The notes under the pieces were generated by a model. It was not told where the DNA came from. It was given only the letters and a program-made list of their open reading frames with translations, and did no database searches. From Anaeramoeba ignava BMAN (lineage: Eukaryota > Protista > Anaeramoebae), in assembly GCA_028826165.1 (NCBI GenBank), contig JAPDFW010000022.1:372001-436000 (forward strand): a stretch of 64,000 nt of DNA. Reading direction: 5' to 3'. Made by a program: the position numbers and the translations under genes. Every line of letters starts with the position of its first letter. Position 1 is the first letter of the stretch. Positions 23,789-37,400 of the stretch are shown in pieces.

Positions 23789-26700
23789 TCAATTCAATAA
23801 ATCATCAAGAATAATCTCATAAAGTCTCACTGAATAATCATTACTACATCCTGCAATTATAAACTCTTTTTTTAAAGCATTTCCTTCAAAATCATTAATT
23901 TTCCAAGATAAACGATTAACTGAATCAGAGAAAGAAATTGAATCAGGAAAAGAAATAAACTTTTCAACGGAAATTTGATCTTGGTTATAATTTAATAATT
24001 TCCATATCTCCACTTTTCCTGTTTTAAACCCAATTGCAAACAAAGCAAATTCCATTTTTGATTCTGTCTTTAAAAATTCAAAAGGACAAAATGCAATTGA
24101 AGTAACTTCTGAATCAAATTCTAGTTTTGCATCAATTTCTACTATATTTTCCTCAGATTTTTTATCATCTTGATTGCTTTTGTTATTGATTTTCCATAAT
24201 TTCACAGATTTATCTAAAGATCCTGTGGCAAAAATTTGATTATTAACAAACCAAGAACAGGATTTGATTCGATTTGAATGTGGTTTTGCTTTGAAAAATT
24301 CCTCAAAATCATCTCCATTTGTTTTTCTAAACACACAAAAAGAACGATCACGTGAAACAGTAAGAAGATTATTGTTATCAAATGAAAATTCAGAATCAAG
24401 AACATCCATTGAATGCGGATTTGAGATTTTTTGTTTCAATTTCCAATCTTTTTTATTCCATAAAAATAAAGATTGATCATTATCCTTTTCAATTTGACAA
24501 GCTGAAAAAATTAAATTCCCATCTTTTGAAACGCAAATGTTAGTAAGTGGATTATGATGACCAATCAACTTTTGTGCTTCTGGCCATAAAGAATTTTGTT
24601 GCAAATTTGCTTCTGATAAAGGTTTTGAATGTGGAACAAAATCCTCAATTTTCAATGTAATATTTTCCGCAAATTCTTGATCAATATTTTTCTTCTTGTT
24701 TGGATTTTGTTCTTCATTTTTGTTCTCTTTATAAGCTTGGAAATCCTCCACATATAGTGCTTTATTTGAAAGACCAAGCGGGGGAACTAATGATCCGATT
24801 GGTCTTTTTTGGTTTTGAATTTGATTTTGAGTTTGATTTTGAGTTTGATTTTGATTTTCACTTGAAAAATTTGTGATATTGGAAAATGTGGTTATAAATG
24901 TTTCTGTTGCTTGGAATACTCTAAGCGATCTTTCATCTGAACCACTGATATAAGTAAAAGGATCATTTGTAAATGTACTAACTGATAGAATTGAATATCC
25001 GTGTATTTGTGGTCTTGCAATTTCATACCAATTCAAATCACTAACTTTAATTATGTTTTTTGGAGATTTCTCCTTTTCCATTTCCTTTTCCTTCATCCAT
25101 GGAGCAAATATTCTTGCTGTTCTGTCCTCAGAAACAGTGATAAAATAGTTCAAATCTTGATTCCAGACTAAATCATTGATTTCATTAAAATGTCCTGTTG
25201 TTAAATAAGAAAGATCCCAACTGTCATTATTAAATTCCCACAAATGTAATTCTGAATTAAATCCATGGGATATAATTGACATTCCATCTGAGCTAATATG
25301 TCCTGACAAATATCCTAATGACCTGCTTTTCTCTCCCAAATATGCATATCCATGCCAAACACTTGTCTCAATATCTTGTTTCCAAAGGACTAGTTTTCTA
25401 TCTGTTCCACTTGAAAGCAAGTTCAATTCTTTTTTGTTTTCTTGTTTTTCTTTTACTTTCCAGTGTAAACTTTGAATCCAATCATCGTGTCCTCTTAAAA
25501 CAGTTTCCAAATCCACTAAAACATAATAATCTCCCATTTGAATCACTTGTTGTTTGTTATATAATCCTTCTTTTTTTTCAAAATAAAATCCTTTTTCTAT
25601 TGTATCCCCACTTGCATAAAAAGATAATTTGTATATTCTGATTGTATTATCTTGACTACCGCTTGCCAAATAAAATCCTTTGTATTTCCATATTTTTATA
25701 TATTTTTGTATTTTGAAGAATAAAAATGGATTTTTTAATTAATTTTTCTCTTTTGAATTCATTTGATTACCATTTTCATTAGGAATTGGAATAAATGAAA
25801 GAGCTTTAATCCAATCTGTATGTCCATCCAATATTTTCTCTTTTTTAAACTGTTCTCTTTCATTCTTATTATTTTGATTATAAAAATTTAAATATTTAAA
25901 ATATAAATATAAAATATAAAATATAAATATAAATTTAAATATAAATTTAAATCTACTTCAAATAAACGACTAATATAAAGTGTGATTGTTCCAGTAACAT
26001 CTCCTGTTGCCAAAATAATTGAACCATTTGAATTTTCTTTCTTTGGAAAATTCATGACACTTGTTGATAAACTTTCAATTAAAAATTTTGGTTTAAATAG
26101 CAATTCTTGAAATAAATTCCATTCATCAATTTTTTCATTTTCATATTTTGTTTTCCAAATTTGAAGGTTTCCTTTCCAAGAGAAACAAAAAATATATAAG
26201 TTTTGATTTACAGATTTTTCTTGATTAAGTTTTTCATTAATAACTAAAGCATCAAGTAGAGTTATAGATCCAATTTTAGAAGAAAATGTGTATAAGCATT
26301 TGCAAGGATTCTAAAATTAAAAATTAAAATGAAATTAAAATTAAAATTAAAATTAAAATTAAAATTAAAATTAAAATTAAAAATTAAAATTAAAATTAAA
26401 ATTGAAATTGAAATTAAAATTAAAATTAAAATTAAAATTAAAATTAAAATTAAAATTAATATTAAAATTAAAATTAATATTAAAATTAAAATTAAAATTA
26501 ATATTAAAATTAAAATTAAAATTAAAATTAAAATTAAAATTAAAATTGAAATTAAAATTAAAATTAAAATTAAAATTAAAATTCATTTACAAAATTAAAA
26601 TTAAAATTAAAATTAAAATTAAAATTAAAATTAAAATTAAAATTAAAATCAAAATTAATATTAAAATTAATATTAAAATTTAAAATTAATATTAAAATTA

Positions 26701-27034
26701 AAATTAAAATTATAATTAAAATTAAAATTAAAATTAAAATTAATATTAAAATTAAAATTAATATTACATTCAAATCATAATTTTTTGATTCAGAAAATTC
26801 CCATAATTTAATAACTCCATCTGAATCTGCTGAAATTATAAATTCATTTATCCATTTAATACAATTAATTTTTCCAGAATGACCTTTTAAAACTGTAATA
26901 TTTTTTTTTGTTTTTAAATCTGTTATAATAATTAAATTATTTGCTCCAAAACAAATCAAATTATTATTTCCTATATCTAAACATTGCGATGTTTTATTTA
27001 TTCCTGCAGAAATAAATTTTAATTTTGATATCAT
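23789..27034 (-). CDS. ELP2: Elongator complex protein 2; exons 27034-26768, 26310-25957, 25864-25771, 25677-23789
   Basis: GHTDWIKAL, YLASGSQDNTIRI, LRGHDDWI, TGHFNEINDLVW, SEDRTARIFAPW, WYEIARPQIHGY, SGSDERSLRVF, PPLGLSNKA, LWPEAQKLIGH, LLTVSRDRS are ELP2 signature motifs. Confidence 0.95.
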
Positions 27035-27109
27035 TTTTTTTAAAAAATGAAAAAATGAAAAAATGAAAAAATATTTTTTTTTGTTTTATTTCAAAATTAA
27101 AAGAAACAA

Positions 27110-28090
27110 AGAATTTAAAATTGAATTTGAAATAGAAATTGAAATTGAAATTGAAATTAAAATTGAAATTAAAATTGAAATTGAAATTGAAATTAAAATT
27201 GAAATTGAAATTGAATTGAAATTGAAATTGAAATTGAAATTGAATTTGAAATTGAAATTGAATTTGAAATTGAAATTAAAATTGAAATTGAATTTGAAAT
27301 TGAAATTAAAATTGAAATTGAATTTGAAATTGAAATTGAAATTGAAATTGAAATTGAAATTGAAATTGAAATTGAAATTGAAACTAAAATTAAAATTGAA
27401 ATTGAAATTGAAATTGAAATTGAAATTGAAATTGAAATTGAAATTGAAATTGAAATTAAAATTGAAATTGAAATTAAAATTGAAATTGAAATTGAAATTG
27501 AAATTGAAATTGAAATTGAAATTAAAATTGAAATTGAAATTGAAATTAAAATTGAAATTGAAATTGAAATTGATTTATATTTTGAAATTAAAATTGAAAT
27601 TGAAATTGAAATTGATTTATATTTTGAAATTGAAATTGAAATTAAAATTGAAATTAAAATTGAAATTTGAAACTAAATTTGAAATTGAAATTAAAATTGA
27701 AATTAAAAGAAACAAAGAATTTGAAATTGAAATTGAAATTAATTTATATTTTGAATTTGAAATTGAAATTGAAATTGAATTTGAAATTTGAAATAGAAAT
27801 TGAAATTGAAATTTGAAATAGAAATAGAAATTGATATTAAAATTGAAATTGAAATAGAAATAGAAATTGAAATTGAAATTAAAATTGAAATTAAAATTGA
27901 AATTAAAATTGAAATTAAATTTGAAATTGAAATTGAAATTGAAATTGAAATTAAAATTAAAATTGAAATTGAAATTGAAATTGATTTATATTTTGAAATT
28001 GAAATTGAAATTAAAATTGAAATTGAAATTGAAATTGAAATTAAAATTGAAATTGAAATTTGAAATAGAAATAGAAATTGAAATTGAATT
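27110..28090. repeat. (GAAATT)n array between the stop of the 28102 gene and the ELP2 promoter
   Basis: Direct reading. Confidence 0.9.
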
Positions 28091-28101
28091 TAAAGTTGTT
28101 T

Positions 28102-31100
28102 TCATTTATCTGAAATAGCAACTAAAAATGCATTCTTTTCATAATTTGAAAGAAAAGATAAAGCAAAAATAGATTTATTTTTTTTAATCACTAAATAATT
28201 ATCACCAGAGTTTGAAGATTCACAATTAAAAAGTCCCCATTTTTCTTTGAAAATTAAACCAATATCATTTCTCCAAATTTCAAGTCTTTTTTTAGTAATT
28301 TTTAAATTTCCTTGAAAAGTTTTTGGATATTGTTCCAAAATAATTGAAAAATTAAATGATTTATTTGATTTCCAAGCAATATTCATTTTCTTTTTAATAT
28401 CACTCAAAAGTTGAGCTTCTTTTAATTGTTTCATCTTCTCAAGTTTATTATCAATTTCTTCTTGACTCATTTCTTCTATTTTTTCATTTTCTTTTTGTAT
28501 TTCATTTTGTATTTCATTTTGTATTTCATTTTGTTCATTTTCATTATAAATATGAATATCACTTGTTGTTTTCAATGGAAGTAATAAATCATTGTTTGTT
28601 GTATCATCAATTAAATTTTGATTTGGTTGTTTTGAAAAATGATTTTGTTCTGAATTTGTAGATTCTGTGTTTGGAGTATTATAATTAGTAAATTTTGGAA
28701 ATGGAGATAAAGAATTAAGAAAATTCAAAAAAATATCATCTTTTTCTTCAATTATATGATTTTTTGAATGGGAATCTTTATTGGTTTGATTTAAATGATC
28801 ATTAGCAAATTGGAAAAATAATAAAGAGCGATAAATAAGATCTGATTCAAATAAATTTTTGGATTGGAAAAATATTGTATTGATTGAATTTGTTGATTTG
28901 ACTGAAAAATGAAATTTTTTTAAGTCTTCAGAAAAAAATCCAAATTCAATTGGTTCTGAATTCCATGAATAGGATATTTCTGTATATGATTCAGGTTTGA
29001 AAACAACAGCTTTTCTTAATATTTTCATTTCTGTTTCAATTACTCCAAATTTAGATAAAATGCCAATATTAAATTTGCAGTTATTTTGAGTCCAATATCT
29101 GAAAACAAGAGCATTGATTCCCTGTTCCTTAGATATTATTGATCCATTTGTTACAAGTAAATCATTTGGATCGCATGAATAGATCTGAAAAATTCGGAAC
29201 GATTTCCATAAAATCAAATTATCTTCTTGCTTTTTGACAAAAAAATGGATACTTTCAACTGAATCTATATAAATAATAAAATCATTTTTTGCTTTCCCTC
29301 GGTTGATTTGTAATTTAGATGTAGGGAAAAATCCACTTTGGAAAAGGATATACTTGTTCTTCTTTTCATTTTCTTTAATATTATCTTCTGAATTATTTTC
29401 AATGTTTTTTTTGGAAGAATTGAAAATTGATTTTGAGTTTGAGTTTGAGTTTAAATTTGAATTTGAATTTGAATTTAAATTTAAACTTGAGCTTAATTTA
29501 TGAGGAGTTGATTTTATTGAATAATCTCGTTTTAATGGTGTTTTTTTAGGAGTTGTTTTAGGAGTTTTTTTAGGAGTTTTTTTAGGTGTTGTTTTAGGAG
29601 TTGTTTTAGGTGTTTTTTTAGGTGTTTTTTTAGGAGTTGTTTTAGGTGTTTTTTTAGGTGTTTTTTTAGGTGTTTTTTTAGGAGTTGTTTTAGGTGTTTT
29701 TTTAGGAGTTGTTATATTTGTATTTGTATTTGTATTTGTATTTGTATTCGTATTCGTATTTGTATTTGTATTTGTATTTGTATTTCTTTGTAATAAAATT
29801 TCAAAGTGTACAAAATCCATTTCCAATTCTGCTTCAATAAGTTTAGGTTCTTCAAATTCTGAAGAAGGATCAACAACTTGAATTTCAAATTTACAATATT
29901 CTTTTGCAAAATTTTTCTGTATTTCATTTATTTGATGATCTGTCTCTGATTGAGAAAATTGATTTGATTGATTGTCATTTCTATTAGTAGGAATTTTCTT
30001 TTCATTTGAATTTGAGAAAGAAAGTGATAATAATGGGAGTTGAGTATCTTGATTTACCAAATCTTTTTGAGAGTCAGTAAAATTAGAATTTCTCCTTAAA
30101 ATATCCCCATTTTGAGACTCATCTCGCTTTTTTTTCAAATCAAAAATTTTGAGACGAATTAAAGAAGTTGCAATTCCAAAAATTTGTTTGTTTCCAAAAG
30201 AAATTATAAAAGAGATATTAGACGGAAACACAATTTTGCAATAAGATTGAAAATTAGGATGAATTTGGAAATAAAATTGCTCATCTAACAAAGAAGAAGA
30301 GATACTTTCTTTGGAAAATTCTAGAGTGATATTATCATCTAAAATTTTGAGTTTTCCCATTTCAATAGGAAGAAAAAATTGATCTACAATTTTCACAGAA
30401 AAAATTGAAGGGATGATTTCCTTGAAATTGTATCTTATATGATAATGCCTTAATCTTGCATGATTTAATGTCTCGAAAGAATCAATCTTTGCAAGTGTCC
30501 ATTTCTTCATGAGGAGATAAACAAACAGAAAATTGTTTTTGGTTTCCTCATTTGCGAACGAAATATGATAGTGAGTTTTTCTGTCCAAATCCAAATAGCA
30601 CATTTTGGAATTGATTTCTGACAGCACATGAATATCAATAAGGTTTCTCTTTGAAAAAGATGTTGATATTATTTGCAAGAGTATTGAATCTGCTGCAAAT
30701 TTCACAAATCCATGGATTATTTCTTCTTGTGAATGTGTTAAATAAGTTCCTTCAAAAGATTCCTTAAAAGATGATCGAATCAACATGGATTTTTTATAAA
30801 AACTGATCACAGAATCTCGAATAACATTTGTTTGAAATTTGAACACAAGTTCTTTCGTATTTGTGCAGAAATCAACTAAAGTTATTTGATCTTCAAGTTC
30901 GGATTCCATTAAATAAAATTGGGAAAAATTATAATCCTTGTTCTGTTCAGATTCGTTTTCATAAATAACAAATATTTGAGATGAAGTTATCATCAGCATA
31001 CAACTTTGTTTTTCATTTTCAATTTTGTTTTGATTTTTTATGTCATCATTTGTAATTTTGTTCTCAAATCTAAACACCAAGTTATTTTCATTTATATCTT

Positions 31101-32580
31101 CATTTATATCTTCATTTATAGTTAAATTTATATCTTCATTTTTATCTTCATTTTTATCTTCATTTATATCTTCATGTATAGTTAAATTTATATTTGATTT
31201 TGATTTTGATTTTGAATTTGAATTTGAATTTGAATTTGAATTTGATTTTGATTTTGATTTTGGTTTTGATTTTGATTTTGATTTAGAATTTGAATTTGAA
31301 TTTGAATTTGGATTATTTTCTTCTGAATCTGAATTTTCATTTGCATTAATAATATCGCAATAAACAACTTTTAAAAGCATGTGTGAATCTGAATCAATAG
31401 CTCCGCTTATATAAAGATCACGAAGATTTGAGAACGAATTGATGAAACTCCTTAAATAAGAAAAACTCTCAAATTCAATTTCAATTAAATGATCATCCAA
31501 AAGAAGCAAACGCAAGATTTTTGTATTTGTTAAATTCTCGTATATTTTGGAAGAAAAAGAATAATTTTGAGATAGATTTAATTCGCCATTGCAAAAAATT
31601 TCAAATCGATCTCTTTTCAATTTCACAATTAAATTTTCACTTCCTGATTTGCATGAGAAGACATTATACGATATTTGTTTATGGACACGAATTCGGGAAT
31701 GCTTTTCAGCATTTTGGGATGTTGAGAGATTATCATCATGAAGCGAATTGATGAAATGATCCAAACATTTCCAAACAATTTTCGGATAAATATCATTTTC
31801 GAAATTAAATTGTATTGATTTTTGCGCTCCATGAATTTGATATATTATCTTGAGTGATTTGTGAGATGGGACGACTGGCTTTAATTCTATTATATCTTTG
31901 TAAGAAAGAAGTAAAAGATCCATTTGCTGAGAATCATCCCAAATTCCGATATTTTCACTTTCAATCTCAAGTGTAATTTTTGAATGTGAATTAAATGAAC
32001 AATTAAATTTAATCGGTTTTGAATTAATAAATCGAGAAAACAAAATGTTTGTGAATACAGCCTCTGGTAGATTTGGATTTAAACATGATTTCCATTGCTG
32101 AGGATAATTAAAATGTTGAAGAATCATTAAAGTTGTAGTTATTATGAATCTTTCAACAAAATCTGTGCATTTAATATTTAAAAAACTTTCTGATTGTGTT
32201 TGAAGTGCAAATATTTTTTCATCATCATAACTCAAATGGATTTTTGGAGAATTTGGTTCTAAAAAAATATCCATGAGTGCTTTTTCTTGAGTAAATATTT
32301 TCAATGTTAAATTATTAATTTCAATTATTGCCTGTTTTTTTTCATTCTTTTCAAAATTTTTTATTGAAAGTCTTTCAATAATTTTCACTTCAAATTGTAT
32401 TTTTTCATAAGTTACATAATCTTTAATTATTTCTAATGATTCTGTTATTTGTTTTTGTACTTCAGAAATTAATCCTTTTCTTTTTATTGGTGAATTTTGA
32501 AATTGTAATTCTTTTGGTAATTTGAAGTTTTGCCAATTTTTATGTTGTTTTTTGTGTTTTTTTTGAGAAATAAAGTTCAT
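28102..32580 (-). CDS. Large hypothetical protein (about 1490 aa), possibly tandem PH-like beta/helix modules, with a TPKK repeat tract
   Basis: Intronless ORF; probable start MNFISQKK at 32580, since the upstream ORF part is promoter-like A/T runs. Recurrent beta-strand-rich units of about 90-100 aa end in a helix (e.g. FENDIYPKIVWKCL, FQTNVIRDSVISFY, FANEETKNNFL, FLSNYEKNAFL). Confidence 0.75.
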   Translation of the reverse strand: MNFISQKKHKKQHKNWQNFKLPKELQFQNSPIKRKGLISEVQKQITESLEIIKDYVTYEKIQFEVKIIERLSIKNFEKNEKKQAIIEINNLTLKIFTQEKALMDIFLEPNSPKIHLSYDDEKIFALQTQSESFLNIKCTDFVERFIITTTLMILQHFNYPQQWKSCLNPNLPEAVFTNILFSRFINSKPIKFNCSFNSHSKITLEIESENIGIWDDSQQMDLLLLSYKDIIELKPVVPSHKSLKIIYQIHGAQKSIQFNFENDIYPKIVWKCLDHFINSLHDDNLSTSQNAEKHSRIRVHKQISYNVFSCKSGSENLIVKLKRDRFEIFCNGELNLSQNYSFSSKIYENLTNTKILRLLLLDDHLIEIEFESFSYLRSFINSFSNLRDLYISGAIDSDSHMLLKVVYCDIINANENSDSEENNPNSNSNSNSKSKSKSKPKSKSKSNSNSNSNSNSKSKSKSNINLTIHEDINEDKNEDKNEDINLTINEDINEDINENNLVFRFENKITNDDIKNQNKIENEKQSCMLMITSSQIFVIYENESEQNKDYNFSQFYLMESELEDQITLVDFCTNTKELVFKFQTNVIRDSVISFYKKSMLIRSSFKESFEGTYLTHSQEEIIHGFVKFAADSILLQIISTSFSKRNLIDIHVLSEINSKMCYLDLDRKTHYHISFANEETKNNFLFVYLLMKKWTLAKIDSFETLNHARLRHYHIRYNFKEIIPSIFSVKIVDQFFLPIEMGKLKILDDNITLEFSKESISSSLLDEQFYFQIHPNFQSYCKIVFPSNISFIISFGNKQIFGIATSLIRLKIFDLKKKRDESQNGDILRRNSNFTDSQKDLVNQDTQLPLLSLSFSNSNEKKIPTNRNDNQSNQFSQSETDHQINEIQKNFAKEYCKFEIQVVDPSSEFEEPKLIEAELEMDFVHFEILLQRNTNTNTNTNTNTNTNTNTNTNTNITTPKKTPKTTPKKTPKKTPKKTPKTTPKKTPKKTPKTTPKTTPKKTPKKTPKTTPKKTPLKRDYSIKSTPHKLSSSLNLNSNSNSNLNSNSNSKSIFNSSKKNIENNSEDNIKENEKKNKYILFQSGFFPTSKLQINRGKAKNDFIIYIDSVESIHFFVKKQEDNLILWKSFRIFQIYSCDPNDLLVTNGSIISKEQGINALVFRYWTQNNCKFNIGILSKFGVIETEMKILRKAVVFKPESYTEISYSWNSEPIEFGFFSEDLKKFHFSVKSTNSINTIFFQSKNLFESDLIYRSLLFFQFANDHLNQTNKDSHSKNHIIEEKDDIFLNFLNSLSPFPKFTNYNTPNTESTNSEQNHFSKQPNQNLIDDTTNNDLLLPLKTTSDIHIYNENEQNEIQNEIQNEIQKENEKIEEMSQEEIDNKLEKMKQLKEAQLLSDIKKKMNIAWKSNKSFNFSIILEQYPKTFQGNLKITKKRLEIWRNDIGLIFKEKWGLFNCESSNSGDNYLVIKKNKSIFALSFLSNYEKNAFLVAISDK

Positions 32581-32865
32581 TTGTATTCTTTTTAAAAATA
32601 AAAAAATAATTAAAAAATGAAAAAAAAATGAAAAAAATTTTTTCTCAATTTTTATTATTTTTTTTTTAAATTTTAAATAAAGAAGAAAAAAATTTTTTTT
32701 TTCCACATCTCTTTACTAACTTATTTTTTTTAAAATTTAATAAATAAATTAATAAATAAATAATCAAATCCTGATTTTCGACTTTTAATTTTTATTTTAT
32801 TTTTTTTATTTTTTTTATTTTTGTTAAAGAAAAATTAATTCCAAAAGAAAAAAAAAAAAGAAAAG

Positions 32866-34410
32866 GAATTTTTAAATAAATTTTTAAATAAATTTTTAAA
32901 TAAATTGTTATAATAAATTGTTATAATAAATTTTTAAATAAATTTTTAAATAAATTTTTAAATAAATTTTGAAATAAATTTTTAAATAAATTTTTAAATA
33001 AATTGTTATGATAAATTGTGGAATAAATTTTTAAATAAATTTTTAAATAAATTTTTAAATAAATTTTTAAATAAATTGTGGAATAAATTTTTAAATAAAT
33101 TTTTAAATAAATTTAAATAAATTGTGAAATAAATTTTTAAATAAATTTTTAAATAAATTTTTAAATAAATTGTGGAATAAATTTTTATAATAAATTTTTA
33201 AATAAATTTTTAAATAAATTTTTGAAATAATTTATGGAATAAATTTTGGAATAAATTGTGGAATAAATTTTTAAATAATTTTTAAATAAATTTTTGAAAT
33301 AAATTGTGGAATAAATTTTTAAAGAATTTTTAAATAAATTTTTAAATAAATTGTGAAATAATTTATGGAATAAATTGTGGAATAAATTTTTAAATAAATT
33401 TTTAAATAAATTGTTTAATAAATTGTTGAATAAATTTTTAAATAAATTGTTATAATAAATTGTGAAATAAATTTTTAAATAAATTTTTAAATAAATTGTG
33501 AAATAAATTTTTATAATAAATTGTGAAATAAATTTTTATAATAAATTGTGAAATAAATTGTGAAATAATTTTTAAATAAATTTTTAAATAAATTGTGGAA
33601 TAAATTGTGGAATAAATTTTTAAATAAATTTTTAAATAAATTGTGGAATAAATTGTGGAATAAATTTTTAAATAAATTGTGAAATAAATTGTGAAATAAA
33701 TTTTTAAATAAATTTTTAAATAAATTTTTAAATAAATTTTTAAATAAATTGTGGAATAAATTTTTAAATAAATTTTTAAATAAATTTTTATAATAAATTG
33801 TGGAATAAATTTTGAAATAATTTTTATAATAAATTTTTAAATAAATTTTTAAATAAATTATGGAATAAATTGTTATAATAAATTTTTAAATAAATTTTTG
33901 AATAAATTATGGAATAAATTGTTATAATAAATTTTGAAATAAATTTTTAAATAAATTTTTAAATAAATTTTTAAATAAATTGTTATAATAAATTGTTTTA
34001 ATAAATTTTTAAATAAATTGTGAAATAAATTGTTGAATAAATTTTTAAATAAATTTTTGAATAAATTTTTAAATAAATTTTTGAATAAAATTTTAAATAA
34101 ATTTTTATAATAAATTTAAATAAATTTTTAAATAAATTTTTAAATAAATTTTTAAATAAATTTTAAATAAATTTTGGAATAAATTGTTATAATAAATTGT
34201 TATAATAAATTTTTAAATAAATTGTGAAATAAATTGAGAAATAAATTGTGAAATAAATTTTAAATAAATTGTGGAATAAATTTTTAAATAAATTTTTAAA
34301 TAAATTGTTATAATAAATTGTGGAATAAATTGTGAAATAAATTGTGAAATAAATTTTTAAATAAATTTTTAAATAAATTGTTGGAATAAATTTTTGGAAT
34401 AAATTTTGAT
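32866..34410. repeat. 12-bp ATAAATTTTTAA / ATAAATTGTGGA array 3' of the TTRAY2 stop
   Basis: Direct reading. Confidence 0.92.
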
Positions 34411-34423
34411 TTTAAATTTAATT

Positions 34424-37400
34424 TTAAATCTGATTTTCTTCTAATTTTCCAATTTCACAAATGGGACAAATAGAATTTTGTAAATTTGTTTTTGAACTTT
34501 GAAAAATTGAATTGCAATAAGAGCAAAGAAGATAATCTTTAACAATAACTTCACCAGAGTTCATGCAATAAATGAGTTTTTTTTTGCATTTTTTGCATTT
34601 CAATGATTCAAAATCATTTGATTCTTTACAATAAGGGCAATTTAAAGAAAAATCAAAATTATAATTTTGATAATTTTTTGATTGGCAAAAATTTAATTTT
34701 CCAACAGATTCTTGATGAAGTTCAGGAACATTTTCAATAAAATCCTTAATTAAATCAGCCAAAATACCAAAATTTTGAGTTTTATATGTTTGATTTGTTG
34801 TGTATTTAAAACATCTTTTTCTATCTTCTTGAAAAAGTTCAATTGGTGGTAATTGTAAGCAAATGATAGAAATTTTTGTTGATAAAGAAATAAATTGAGA
34901 ATCATTTTTTGGAATTTTTTTTAATTCTTCACTTGCTTTTTCAATAATTTCTAGAAATGAACTCGCTATAATATATTTAACTATTTTGTATATTTGATTT
35001 TTAACTTCTTTTTTATTTGTATTGAGATTTTTCAATATTTTGATACAATCATTAAAGTATTTTCTTCCTGCAAGTAAGTCAAGTACACGGAAACTACGAA
35101 GACCAGATTCAAATAATTCTTCTGATTTTTGAAGTTGTAAATTTTCATTTTCGTTTTCTTTTTGATTTTGATTTTGATTTTGATTTTGATTTTCATTTTC
35201 ATTTTGATTTTCATTTTGATTTTGATTTTGATTTTGATTTTCTTTTTCATTTTCTTTTTCATTTTCTTTTTCATTTTCTTTTTCATTTTCTTTTTCATTT
35301 TCTTTTTCATTTTCTTTTTCATTTTCATTTTGATTTTGATTTTGATTTTGATTTTGATTTTGATTTTGATTTTGATTTTGATTTTTCATTTTGATTTTCT
35401 TTTTGATTTTGATTTTGATTTTGATTTTGATTTTGATTTTCATTTTGATTTTGATTTTGATTTTGATTTTGATTTTCATTTTTAATTTGATTTTGATTTT
35501 GATTTTGATTTTGATTTTGATTTTGATTTTGATTTTCATTTTTAATTTGATTTTCTTTTTCATTTTCTTTTTCATTTTCTTTTTCATTTTCATTTTGATT
35601 TTCTTTTTCTTTTTCTTTTTCTTTTTCTTTTTGATTTTGATTTTCTTTTTGATTTTCTTTTTGATTTTCTTTTTTTTTCATTTTTTTCTATTTGATTTTC
35701 TTTTTCTTTTTGATTTTCTTTTTCTTTTTCTTTTTCTTTTTCTTTTAGATTTGGATTTGAAATTGATTCAAAATTTATTTCATCATAAAAATCGAAATCA
35801 TTATCATCTTTATTATTATTATTATCATCATTATTATTATTTTGAATTGAATTATTTTCCTTTGTTTGAGTATTTGAATTTCCAGTTTTTGGTTTTATTA
35901 AATTTGGTTTTTTTAATTCAATTGATTTTCCTTTTTGAGATTCTTGATCATTTTGAGATTTTTCATCATCTTTTTTTTTAATTTGAGGATTTGATACAAC
36001 TTCAGTAATTTCTACTCTTTCTTTTTCTTTGATTAATCCACCTTTTTTGTTCAAAGATATTTTAAACCCAGAACGTGTTGGCTTATCTTTTTTTTCGACT
36101 TCATCCTTTTTTTTAATCACAAGAGTTGATAATCCAGCAAAAATTCTTTTTTCTTCAGGATCTGTTTCAAATTCAGAATCAGAAGTTTCATTATTATCCC
36201 AAGCACGATTAATAATTGTTGCTAATTGTTCTGTTGTTGCTTTTCCTATATCTATATCTGCTAGTTTTTGTGGTTCTTCTGGTTCTTTTTTTTGTTCTTT
36301 TTGTTCATTTTCTTGTGGGTTATTTAAATCATTTTTGGGTTGATTTTCCAAATTCGAAGGTGAAATTGGTTTTTGTGTTTCTTGTTGAGGAATTTGATTT
36401 TTTGGGAATTCGTTTACTTGCATTTCTTGTTGTTGATATTGTTCTTCTTCAATAAAATCTGATTTTTCATGTGTAAAAGGAATTGTGAACCAATTCTTTA
36501 AATCTTCCAAATCTAATTCTGAAACTTTGAATATATTTTCTATTCTAATTTCAAACTTTTTTTCTGGTTCCAAATATTTTTCCTCTTCATTTTGAATTAT
36601 AAAACGGAATTTTGCCAATTGATTCTTTTCTTGTTCTTTTGATAAATCCAAATCAAAATGACTTTCCAAAATAGCCTTAACTTCATCAATTTTCTTTGTT
36701 GGGTTAAGAATTTCTTCTGAAATTTTCATCCAATTAGAAAAAGCAGATAAATATTGAATCAATAGATTTTGATTTTGATTTTGATTTTGATTTTGATTTT
36801 GATTATTTTCTTGAAAAAGTTGATAAATTAATTGAGCAATTCCATAATTATTTCCAAAAAGAGTGTAAATAAAAAACAATCCAAAATATTCACCACTTTC
36901 TTTAAAACAAATCTCTGCAAATTCAAATTGGCCACACTTCAAACATTCAATTCCAATCTTTTTGAGTATTTCTTTTCTAATTTGGTTTGTTTTGATTTGA
37001 ACTTCATCAGAATAACTGTTAATTTGATCAAAAGGCACTTTGTATTTTGGGATTTTCGAATTGAATTCAAGGAAAGTTTTCATATCGGGATGATTTTGTT
37101 GGTTTTGAGTATCATTTTTCTTGTTAAAATTTTGGTTACTTTTATTGAAATTTGAAAGTTGATTTTCGTTTTCCATCAAATTTTGATCTATTATTTTTTG
37201 TAAAGCAATTGATACTTCTTTTTCTTCTAAATTTGCCAATATTTCTTTATTGGTTGTTAATAATTCGAAGAGTATTTCCTCTAAAACTTGCTCCTTCGTT
37301 GGTTTCTTTTGCTTTGAACGCAACTTGTCGTCTGGATTACTCTCATTTTTTTGATATCGATTGCGGTTGATGTTTATTTTGGAAATAGTTTCTTTGAGAA

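Noticed and set aside
21791-23792. Long ORFs of 597 and 638 aa (LKLIYI / SISKYK repeats)
   Set aside because: Stop-free frames of a 6/12-bp satellite with no unique sequence; the same applies to the IF, LK, NF and KI ORFs in other arrays.
32581-32706. N-terminal extension of ORF 28102..32706 (also 3508-3585 and 61629-61703 of their ORFs)
   Set aside because: These are A/T-run promoter or intron sequence translated by chance.
32866-34410. Telomeric repeats
   Set aside because: Internal, heterogeneous, lacking a uniform G-rich unit and flanked by genes on both sides.
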